From the NCBI GenBank assembly GCA_944350325.1, contig CALVOS010000025.1, positions 1-52,924 of the forward strand: a stretch of DNA of 52,924 nt, written 5' to 3'. Below the pieces are notes generated by a model, which was not told where the DNA came from, searched no databases, and saw only the letters and a list, made by a program, of their open reading frames with translations. Shown here piece by piece: positions 45,588 through 52,905 of the stretch. Every line of letters begins with the position of its first letter. Position 1 is the first letter of the stretch. This DNA is from an uncultured Bacilli bacterium (GTDB lineage: Bacteria; Bacillota_I; Bacilli_A; RFN20; CAG-826). The position numbers and the translations under genes are program-made.

Positions 45588-46147
45588 GGGCAACTAACCT
45601 CCGTTGGAAGGGGCTTCAAACCCTAGGGACGTCAAGGTCCCGAAGGCGCCCTTCTCGCTTTCGTGCTGCGCCACTATCGGACAAGGGAAGCGATTTGTCA
45701 TGCCTCACGCTCAACATTTGCAATAGGGGTACGGCATCCCAATTTTCAGAGAATTTACAGGGGCAGTCATTGAGTGCATGCACATGATTTGGCGACCAAG
45801 CGACGACCAATGAGTAGTCAATACGCACTTGTGGGAATTTATTACGCTGTATAGAAATAGTTTTCCACCATGAATACCGAATTACCGATATCCAAGGAAA
45901 GAGAGCAAAACTGTCCTATGCTGGCCCCTAAGGTTTGTCCTTAAGTAACTATTTCTTGTAATTGTGCATATACACAGATTTCTCTTATGTGTGGTTTGTC
46001 AGGAGGAATGGGACTAATTTGGAAAGGCGAAAACAGCCAGTCTTTTCGTTTTGTGAATAAGTCCCTTAATTACGGCCTTCTTTCGATTTCTTATTAAGGA
46101 AAGCCTCGCTCCCCCCTGTTTATAGGGAAAAGGCGTTTCGGGTTGGC

Positions 46148-46153
46148 TATAAT
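46148..46153 (+). promoter_or_regulatory. -10 hexamer TATAAT upstream of mscL
   Basis: Followed by a 34-nt leader containing AAGAGGAAA. Confidence 0.4.
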
Positions 46154-46187
46154 CCTGCCAAATAAGAAGAGGAAAACGCAATTCCCT

Positions 46188-46892
46188 ATGGCTGAGAAAG
46201 AAAACGAAGTGAAAGCCGCTGAGCCCAAGAAGGCAAAGCGGAAGAAGAAGGAGTGGAAGCTCTGGAAGGAGTTCAAGGCCTTCCTCAATCGCGGGAACGC
46301 GATGGACCTTGCCGTCGGCGTAGTCATCGGCGGAGTGTTCAACGGGATCGTCACCGCGCTGACCAACATCCTGCTCTCCATCTGCACCTGGGCGGTTCCC
46401 GGCGGTCTTGCCGGGCTCGTCACCGTTCTTCCGCCCGTGAGCGCCGCTCAGGACCCGACCAACGTTGATCCGACCTGGCAGGCGAGCTACACGGGCGCGG
46501 AGTTCCTCGACAAGGTTAACCAGCTGACCGAAGCAGGGGACAACGTCAGCGTCTTCACCTCGAGCTACACCCAGCACGGAACCTCGTATTTTTATAACGG
46601 CGCCGCGATCATCGACTGGGGGGCGTTCATCAACGCGGTCATCACCTTCCTCCTCGTCGGGCTGACTCTCTTCGTCATCGTCAAGGTCTATAACTACCTG
46701 AAGGCCCAGAGGGAGAAGCTTGCCAAGGAGGCGCTCGAGCGCTACTACCTCGCTCACCCCGACGAGCGTCCCGTCCCGCCCGAGCCCGGGAAGCCTGAGC
46801 CCACCGAGAAGGATCTCCTGAAGGGGATTCTTGCCGAGCTTCAGAAGCAGAACGGCGCGGAAGCCGCTCCTTCCGCCGAGAAGAAGGCCTGA
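46188..46892 (+). CDS. mscL: large-conductance mechanosensitive channel with enlarged loop
   Basis: FKAFLNRGNAMDLAVGVVIGGVFNGIV TM1 signature. The TM1-TM2 loop is long (about 85 aa). The N- and C-terminal tails are charged. Confidence 0.8.
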   Translation: MAEKENEVKAAEPKKAKRKKKEWKLWKEFKAFLNRGNAMDLAVGVVIGGVFNGIVTALTNILLSICTWAVPGGLAGLVTVLPPVSAAQDPTNVDPTWQASYTGAEFLDKVNQLTEAGDNVSVFTSSYTQHGTSYFYNGAAIIDWGAFINAVITFLLVGLTLFVIVKVYNYLKAQREKLAKEALERYYLAHPDERPVPPEPGKPEPTEKDLLKGILAELQKQNGAEAAPSAEKKA

Positions 46893-47986
46893 TGCTTCGG
46901 AGAATTCCCTTCGAGGGCATCGAGAACTTCAGGGACGTAGGAGGCTACCAGGCCGCCTATGGCCCTACGGAGCATGGGGTGTTCTTTCGCTCGGGCTCCT
47001 TAAGCGAGGCGACTGACGCCGACCTAAAGATCATAGAAGGACTAGGAGTTCGTTCCGTCCTTGATCTCAGGAGCGATGATGTCAAGGCTAGCTATCCCGA
47101 TCGCACGAGAGAGATCGAAGGCATCGCGCACTATTCCTTCTCCGTCAACGGGAACGGCAGGCTTCCGAAAGACCGGGAGGACATGGTCGATAGTTACCTC
47201 GAGATGCTGGAAGAGCCGCGGCGGGCGCGGATGATCCTCATGGGGATCGCTCACGTGGAGAAGCCCCTGATCCTCCATTGCGTCGCCGGGAAGGACAGGA
47301 CTGGGGTCTTCTCCTTCCTGACGCTCATGGCAAATGGCGTTTCCTTTGAAGACGCGAACGCGGACTATCTCGTAAGCCCTGTCTATCTGGGCGGGCTGAG
47401 GGCGCGCACCTTGGCGAAGAACCCTGACTTCCCTAAGTGCGTGATGGATCCTGATGCCCTCTTCATGAGGGAAGTCTGGAAAAGGTTCCTGGAGCGATAC
47501 GGTTCTCTTGACTCGTATCTCGAGGACTTCCTCATGATGGGAGAAGACGATGTCCGCCTCCTGAAGAACTGCCTTGGCGTTCAGGAGCGATCCTGCGGCG
47601 CCGTTCTCTTCGACGAGGAGGGAAGGGTTCTCGTGGAGAGGATGCAGCGCGGGCATTTTTCCTTCCCGAAGGGGCATGTGGAGCCTTTCGACAAATCGCC
47701 GGAAGATACTGCTAGGCGCGAAATCCTTGAGGAAACCGGCCTTAATCTTGAGATTTTGTCACCTAGGACGACTTCGATCGAATATTCTCCCTATCTCGGG
47801 AAGGCCAAGAGGGTGACCTTCTATATCGGCAGGAGCATCGGTGGCGAGGAAAAGCCTCAGGAAGAGGAAGTCTCCTCCATCCACTGGCTGGCGCCGGAAG
47901 ATGCCTGGAGGTGTCTTACCCACGATAGCGACCGCTATGTGCTTCGCTGGGCCGTCCAGGAACACTCGCTCCTTGGGAAACAATAG
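46892..47986 (+). CDS. fusion: Cys-based (CX5R) tyrosine/lipid phosphatase-like domain - NUDIX hydrolase
   Basis: The N-terminal domain has NFRDVGGY and HCVAGKDRTG (47276-47305). The C-terminal domain has the Nudix box GHVEPFDKSPEDTARREILEETG (47672-47740). The ATG overlaps the mscL stop (TGATG). Confidence 0.75.
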   Translation: MLRRIPFEGIENFRDVGGYQAAYGPTEHGVFFRSGSLSEATDADLKIIEGLGVRSVLDLRSDDVKASYPDRTREIEGIAHYSFSVNGNGRLPKDREDMVDSYLEMLEEPRRARMILMGIAHVEKPLILHCVAGKDRTGVFSFLTLMANGVSFEDANADYLVSPVYLGGLRARTLAKNPDFPKCVMDPDALFMREVWKRFLERYGSLDSYLEDFLMMGEDDVRLLKNCLGVQERSCGAVLFDEEGRVLVERMQRGHFSFPKGHVEPFDKSPEDTARREILEETGLNLEILSPRTTSIEYSPYLGKAKRVTFYIGRSIGGEEKPQEEEVSSIHWLAPEDAWRCLTHDSDRYVLRWAVQEHSLLGKQ

Positions 47987-47988
47987 GG

Positions 47989-48861
47989 CTAGAGCGTCGC
48001 CACGATGTGACGAGCGTAGATTCGGGCCACGTTCACGGACGTGGCCTTTTCGATTCCCTGGAGGAAGGCGTTGCTGTTCACTTCGCAAAGAAGCGGCCCT
48101 CCGTCCTCCCCTCTTAGGAGATCGACTCCGCAGTAGTCCAGTCCGATTGCCTTTGCGGTCTTTTCTGCTACGTTTACGAAGGCGGGCTCCGGCTCGATGG
48201 CGCTCCCGTGCCCGCCCTGGGCTAGATTGCTACGGAAATCGTTTGGATTTTCCCTGCGCATTGCCGCTACGCATTTCCCGCCGATCACGATGAGGCGATA
48301 GTCAACGCCTGGTTCCTTCCGGATCCACTCCTGATAGAGCCTCAGCATATAGCGATTCTCCCTTTCGAAACGGATGACCTCGTCGAGGGTGCTCAGCAGG
48401 AAGACGGAGTTGCCCATGGAGCCGAAGGAAAGCTTCGCAATCAAGGGGAGGCCTAGTTCCTCGACGACGCGAGACGGGAAGTCTTCCTGGATGTTCTCAC
48501 TATAGGTGAGCGGCCCCGTGATTGTCTTCGGAATGCGGATGCCGGTTCCTTCAAGGGCCAGGTAGGTCTTCGCCTTGTCGTCGCAGGTCTCGATGGAGGA
48601 GGCGCTATCGAATAGGCGAAATCCGGCTTTCTCAAGCCCGTGCGACACATAGTGGTCCTTGTCGAGATAGAGGACGAAGGCGTTCCCAATATCAAGGGTC
48701 GTGATTCGTTCCTCGCTCCCGAGGTAGGTCAGCAGCTCCTTGTTCCGATGCGCTTCTAGTTCGTAGCCAAGGGGAAGAAGCTCCTCCCTCATCCGAAGAT
48801 AGAAGTTTTCTAGCCCGGGGAGGACCTTATAGGCATTTAGGATGCAGGTAGCCTTTTTCAT
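47989..48861 (-). CDS. RimK-like ATP-grasp ligase
   Basis: ATP-grasp motifs: PLIAKLSFGSMGNSVF, DYRLIVIGGK, NLAQGG, GVDLL...EVNSN. The chosen ATG at 48861 gives MKKATCIL. Confidence 0.7.
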   Translation of the reverse strand: MKKATCILNAYKVLPGLENFYLRMREELLPLGYELEAHRNKELLTYLGSEERITTLDIGNAFVLYLDKDHYVSHGLEKAGFRLFDSASSIETCDDKAKTYLALEGTGIRIPKTITGPLTYSENIQEDFPSRVVEELGLPLIAKLSFGSMGNSVFLLSTLDEVIRFERENRYMLRLYQEWIRKEPGVDYRLIVIGGKCVAAMRRENPNDFRSNLAQGGHGSAIEPEPAFVNVAEKTAKAIGLDYCGVDLLRGEDGGPLLCEVNSNAFLQGIEKATSVNVARIYARHIVATL

Positions 48862-48867
48862 GGGGCG

Positions 48868-48873
48868 ATTATA
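48868..48873 (-). promoter_or_regulatory. -10 hexamer TATAAT, leaderless-type
   Basis: The minus strand reads TATAAT-cgcccc-ATG (6-nt spacer). Confidence 0.5.
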
Positions 48874-48917
48874 GAGCCCGACAGGCAGAAAAAAGGTTAC
48901 TCCACCATTACCTTGGG

Positions 48918-48923
48918 TATATT
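48918..48923 (+). promoter_or_regulatory. -10 hexamer TATATT, leaderless-type promoter of nadE
   Basis: Lies 8 nt upstream of the ATG at 48932. No SD. Confidence 0.45.
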
Positions 48924-48931
48924 GTTCTGGT

Positions 48932-50593
48932 ATGGAAAAGAACTTTGAAATTTTCATTGCGATGCCACGACTTTTCCTTGGCGATCCCACGAAGACAGCC
49001 GAGGAGTTTTCGGTCCTTCTCAAGGAGGCCAATCTCCCAGAGGAGGCGATTCTCATCTATCCTGCCGACGCGATTCTTGGCGATATTGGTCACTTGCGGC
49101 TAAGTCCTGATCTTCAGGAGGCGAGGAACAAGGCCGAGAGGGACCTTTCTATGGCCCTCCCTTCCAAGGGCGGACTGAGCCTCTTTCCCCACTTAGAGGA
49201 CGAGGTTTGCCTGGCTTATCGAGATGGCGTCCTTATTGAAGAGATCCCTATAAAACCCATCTCGGGACTCCCTGCCATCGCCATAGCCTATGGTGAGAAA
49301 AAGGAACACTCCTTCATCGTCGCCTTCAATAGGACTCCCGACTTCCTTGGCAAGGAGGAGCTCTATATGTCCCGTATCGACTTTCCATGCCTAGTCGTCG
49401 GGAACGATGGGGGAGAAAGCTCTGGCGGCGGTTCTTTCAGCGGGAAGATTTATTCGAATATTCCTAGCGTTCCTGTAGGGGGTCGCAGAATATTCGCGTA
49501 CAACATTCCACATGAAACGGAGTGTGTTCTTCCTTCTGTCTCCTCCCCTTATGTGGAATTTGAGAAGGCAGAGATTCCTCCCGCGCTCCCCTTCCTTCCT
49601 CACGGGGGCAGCTATGAGAACATTGTCCTAAAGGACGTTGAGGAGGCTTTCTCCATTCTCGCGAGCCCCCTTTTACGTAGGCTCGAGAGGATTGGAACAG
49701 ACAAGGTCGTCTTGGGTCTTTCTGGCGGGCTTGACTCGACGCTAACCCTTTTCGTCGCCCTCGAGGCGCTCAAGAACGGGAGCCTTGCCACGGAGGAGGG
49801 TTGCAGGGACTTGAAGCAGCACATCTTCCTTTACTCCCTCCCCTGCTTCGGGACTTCCAAGACTACGCTCAGGAACGTCGGCCTTCTTTCCAAGGCTACT
49901 GGAATCCCAGTCAAGGAGATCTCGATCAAAGAAAGCGTCCTTCGCCATTTCCAGGACATCGGACACGACCCCACAATCACCAATAGCGCATTCGAGAACG
50001 CGCAGGCAAGGGAACGCACCCAGGTGCTCATGGACATCGCCAACGACGTCGGTGCGCTCATGATCGGGACAGGGGATATGTCCGAGCTTGCCCTTGGGTG
50101 GACGACCTTCGGCGGGGATCATCTTTCCATGTACGACACGAACGCCGGCGCCCCTAAGACCATGGTTCGCTACCTTTGCCTTGGCTACGCGAAGATGCAT
50201 CCTGAGTTCGAGGAGGCGGTCCGCTCGATCATTGGTACCCCTGTTTCCCCTGAGCTCCTTCCGACGGACAAGGAAGGCGCGATCGCACAGAAGACCGAGG
50301 AGGCTCTTGGTCCCTACGAAGTGATGGACTATTTCCTCTATGGTTTCCTTAGCGCCGTCCCTTTGGCAATCATCTTTGAAAAAGCCTGCAAAACCTTTGC
50401 CGACCAATATGATGCAAAGGCGTTGAAACGTTGGCTCGGGGTGTTCGTGAGAAGGTTTGTCAACCAGTCGTTCAAGCGCAATTGTCTTTGCGACGGGCCC
50501 CAGCTCACTCCCTTCTTCCTTGGCGGATCGGGCTACCGCTTCCCAAGCGACCTCGATCCTTCCTTCCTCCTCCGCCTTGTGGAAGCGCTTTGA
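48932..50593 (+). CDS. nadE: NAD+ synthetase (long form; N-terminal CN-hydrolase-like domain apparently degenerate)
   Basis: The C-terminal ATP-pyrophosphatase domain has VVLGLSGGLDSTL, and further on GTGDMSELALGW. The N-terminal ~250 aa occupy the glutaminase-domain position but lack the PEL and ICED motifs. Confidence 0.8.
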   Translation: MEKNFEIFIAMPRLFLGDPTKTAEEFSVLLKEANLPEEAILIYPADAILGDIGHLRLSPDLQEARNKAERDLSMALPSKGGLSLFPHLEDEVCLAYRDGVLIEEIPIKPISGLPAIAIAYGEKKEHSFIVAFNRTPDFLGKEELYMSRIDFPCLVVGNDGGESSGGGSFSGKIYSNIPSVPVGGRRIFAYNIPHETECVLPSVSSPYVEFEKAEIPPALPFLPHGGSYENIVLKDVEEAFSILASPLLRRLERIGTDKVVLGLSGGLDSTLTLFVALEALKNGSLATEEGCRDLKQHIFLYSLPCFGTSKTTLRNVGLLSKATGIPVKEISIKESVLRHFQDIGHDPTITNSAFENAQARERTQVLMDIANDVGALMIGTGDMSELALGWTTFGGDHLSMYDTNAGAPKTMVRYLCLGYAKMHPEFEEAVRSIIGTPVSPELLPTDKEGAIAQKTEEALGPYEVMDYFLYGFLSAVPLAIIFEKACKTFADQYDAKALKRWLGVFVRRFVNQSFKRNCLCDGPQLTPFFLGGSGYRFPSDLDPSFLLRLVEAL

Positions 50594-50620
50594 CCTTTTG
50601 GTGTGTCTTTAGCGCGCCCG

Positions 50621-50629
50621 TGCTACAAT
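50621..50629 (+). promoter_or_regulatory. extended -10 (TGCTACAAT), leaderless-type promoter
   Basis: The hexamer ends 6 nt before the ATG at 50636. Confidence 0.5.
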
Positions 50630-50635
50630 CGCGAC

Positions 50636-51619
50636 ATGGGCAGGAAAAGCAAGAATCCTATTGTCCTTTCCGATAAGGAAAGGGAGGGCATGAGCGTCGA
50701 GGAGCAGGCGCAGACGGCTTCCTACGAGGCGCATAGCGCCGAGAACGTCCGGAAGGAAAAGAAGGACCGCAAGAAGAAGTCTCTCTCGCGCGAGATCCTT
50801 CGCTTCGTGATCGTCGGGGTGATCTGCACCCTCATCGACTTCTTGGTCCAGTTCCTTCTCCTCTGGGTGTTCGAGACCAACCTCTCGACCTACGAGGGGT
50901 GGGGCAGCTATGTCGCCTTCGCCATCGCGGTGACCGTTGCCTTCCTTGTCGCCAACGCTGTCAATTTCCTGTTTTCCCGCTTCTTCGTCTTCCAGAACGT
51001 GGACGAGAAGGCCGACACGAAGTCGCCTAAGGCATTCCTGATCTATCTTGGACTTGGCGCTGGCGGCTGGCTTATCGGCGTGGGCCTCCAGGAACTGGGG
51101 GTCTGGATCTGCCAGGAGTTCTTGGCTATCCCCAACCTTTCGCTCGACATCGTCAACGCCTTCGACGACGTGCTGGCCGGAGGAGTGATCGGCGAGGCCT
51201 TCTGGGCATTCCTCGTGATCTTCTGCACCAAGACCATCGTCACGATGATCTACAACTACGTCACCCGGAAGCTCGTGATCTTCCGCGCCCCTAAGGGAGA
51301 GACGGAGACGTTCCATCCTGTCGATATCGACATTCCTGTCGAGGAGACGAGTCCCGCTCCTACGGAAAAGAAGGAGGAGGCCCCGGCCCCCAAGGGGGCG
51401 GCCAACCCCTCCTCTGGGGGAGCCTCTGCCCCTGTCAAGGAGCCTCTCGTGACCGTCGGGAACTTCCGCACGATGTTCCGCGAGGAGCTGGAGCGCCTAT
51501 TTGGTCCTGGAAAGAAAAGGGCGGACGTTGGCACTGGCTGGCGGATCGTATACGAGGAGCTCGAGGCGTTCGACAAGGAGCACCCGGAGCTCGTCAAGAA
51601 AGGGAAGGAAGAGAATTAG
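50636..51619 (+). CDS. GtrA-family membrane protein with long charged N- and C-terminal extensions
   Basis: The core has four TM helices (LRFVIVGVICTLIDFLVQ..., ...KLVIF). About 55 aa of charged N-terminus and about 105 aa of P/E/K-rich C-terminus flank it. Confidence 0.65.
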   Translation: MGRKSKNPIVLSDKEREGMSVEEQAQTASYEAHSAENVRKEKKDRKKKSLSREILRFVIVGVICTLIDFLVQFLLLWVFETNLSTYEGWGSYVAFAIAVTVAFLVANAVNFLFSRFFVFQNVDEKADTKSPKAFLIYLGLGAGGWLIGVGLQELGVWICQEFLAIPNLSLDIVNAFDDVLAGGVIGEAFWAFLVIFCTKTIVTMIYNYVTRKLVIFRAPKGETETFHPVDIDIPVEETSPAPTEKKEEAPAPKGAANPSSGGASAPVKEPLVTVGNFRTMFREELERLFGPGKKRADVGTGWRIVYEELEAFDKEHPELVKKGKEEN

Positions 51620-51635
51620 CCACTCTGGCGTCGCT

Positions 51636-51660
51636 GAGGGCGGGCCGTCCGCCCTTTTTC
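51636..51660 (+). terminator. intrinsic terminator
   Basis: GGGCGG-gccgt-CCGCCC-TTTTT. Confidence 0.7.
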
Positions 51661-51674
51661 TTCGCTCCTTCCCC

Positions 51675-51680
51675 TATAAT
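51675..51680 (+). promoter_or_regulatory. -10 hexamer TATAAT, leaderless-type promoter
   Basis: Lies 6 nt upstream of the ATG at 51687. No SD. Confidence 0.5.
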
Positions 51681-51686
51681 CCCATC

Positions 51687-52853
51687 ATGCGGATCGCAAT
51701 CATCGGTGCCGGAGCCTCGGGGCTCTTCCTGGCGAGGGCGCTTGCCCATAAGGGGATGGATGTCGTCCTTTTCGAACACCGGGAGTCCGCGGGCAAGAAG
51801 CTGATGGCCACCGGAAACGGACGTTGCAACCTGCTGAACAAGAGACTTTCTTCCGATTGCTACAACGACCCTTCCTTTGTTTCCCCACTTATCCACGAAT
51901 TCCCCTTTTCCCGACTGCGCAAGTTGGTCGAGAAGGACTGGGGCGTCCCTCTTTACGAAATCGGGGAATATGTCTACCCGGCGAGCCTATCTGCGATCGC
52001 GTTCGGCAACTATCTCCGCGGATCGCTCGATGGAGAAATCCGCCTTGACTCAAAGGTCGGGGACTATCGCGCCGATGAGGATGGAGTGACCCTGTTCCAC
52101 GATGGCCTCCGCGAGAGATTCGATGAAGTCGTCTTCGCCACAGGCGGTATGAGCGCTCCGAAGTTCGGGAGCGACGGGTCCCTCAACAAGGTCCTTCTGG
52201 GCCATGGCTACCAGTTTAACGAACCGCGGCCTGGGCTTACTCCCGTCCTCGTCAAGGAAAGAGAAGGCCTTAAGGCGATTTCAGGGGTAAGGATCAAGGC
52301 CTTGGTCAGGCTCCTCGACGAAGGGAACGAAATCTGTTGCGAGGAGGGAGAGGTGCTGTTCCGGAAGGATGGGCTTTCCGGAATAGTCATCTTCAACATG
52401 TCTTCCTATATTGCCAGGCGCTCCCTTAAAGAACCCGTCCTTGAGATCCTGCCCCTGCCATCGCTTGAAGGAGACCGGGGAGAGATGCTTTCCCGTTGGA
52501 AGGAGGCCTCCCCAGGCCATTACCTGGAGTCCATCTTCGTGCCTTCCTTCGCTTCCTATCTCCTTGAGCGGTCTAGGCGCACTGGCCAGACCCTTGAATC
52601 CCTGATCGCCCGGATCCCGTTCCATTGGGAAGGGAACGGCGGTTTCGATGAGAGCACTGTCACGATCGGCGGCATCAGAACAAGCGAAATCACCTCAGAT
52701 TTCCGTTCAAAGCGCGAAAATCATGTTTCCTTCATTGGAGAATTGCTGGACATAGACGGGATATGCGGAGGTTTCAACCTTTCTTTCGCGCTAATGTCCG
52801 CCTTGAAGCTGGCCGATTCGCTCCTCGGCGAATTTCGCGGACCTGCTCTCTAA
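51687..52853 (+). CDS. HI0933/BaiN-family FAD-dependent oxidoreductase
   Basis: MRIAIIGAGASGLFLA (dinucleotide fold), GKKLMATGNGRCNL, and C-terminal GELLDIDGICGGFNL. Confidence 0.8.
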   Translation: MRIAIIGAGASGLFLARALAHKGMDVVLFEHRESAGKKLMATGNGRCNLLNKRLSSDCYNDPSFVSPLIHEFPFSRLRKLVEKDWGVPLYEIGEYVYPASLSAIAFGNYLRGSLDGEIRLDSKVGDYRADEDGVTLFHDGLRERFDEVVFATGGMSAPKFGSDGSLNKVLLGHGYQFNEPRPGLTPVLVKEREGLKAISGVRIKALVRLLDEGNEICCEEGEVLFRKDGLSGIVIFNMSSYIARRSLKEPVLEILPLPSLEGDRGEMLSRWKEASPGHYLESIFVPSFASYLLERSRRTGQTLESLIARIPFHWEGNGGFDESTVTIGGIRTSEITSDFRSKRENHVSFIGELLDIDGICGGFNLSFALMSALKLADSLLGEFRGPAL

Positions 52854-52876
52854 AGAGAGCACGGCTTATCTCTTCG

Positions 52877-52905
52877 TTGACTAGCAGGGCGCGTTGTCCT
52901 TAAAT
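52877..52905 (+). promoter_or_regulatory. sigma-70-type promoter TTGACT-17-TTAAAT
   Basis: Good hexamers with a 17-nt spacer. The target gene lies beyond the window end. Confidence 0.35.

Noticed and set aside
43068-45626. Two long plus-strand ORFs (43068-44120 and 44259-45626) antisense to nrdD
   Set aside because: nrdD on the minus strand carries the ATP-cone, Zn site and glycyl-radical motif. The antisense products are V/G/E/L/D/A-rich with no motifs.
45669-45692. GCCACT...GGGAAGCG resembling the cobalamin riboswitch core (B12 box region)
   Set aside because: It is on the plus strand, the wrong orientation for nrdD and about 500 nt from mscL. The other conserved cobalamin-riboswitch segments (GGTG..AATCC, AGYCAGGA..CCTGCC-like box) are not present.
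45616-45828. 70-aa ORF (GTG start) in the nrdD upstream spacer
   Set aside because: There is no SD or leaderless -10 at the correct spacing, no recognisable motif, and the composition is unremarkable. It is kept only as part of the unexplained-spacer finding.
45594-46000. Search for NrdR boxes (acaCwAtATaTwGtgt pairs), FNR (TTGAT-N4-ATCAA) or Rex sites upstream of nrdD
   Set aside because: I could find no match within two or three mismatches by eye. The TGTGCATATACACA palindrome has the opposite half-site polarity to an NrdR box.
196-52625. Many other antisense or alternate-frame ORFs of 60-400 aa. Examples: 6018-7193, 11636-12838, 14353-15489, 22528-23481, 30765-31754, 31715-32821, 35016-35747, 35744-36340, 37067-38230, 39256-40110, 40035-40790, 41460-42197, 46014-46757, 49742-50407, 50609-51316
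   Set aside because: Each overlaps a gene with strong family motifs on the other strand or in another frame. Their compositions (R/P/G/A/E-rich) are typical of out-of-frame high-GC sequence.
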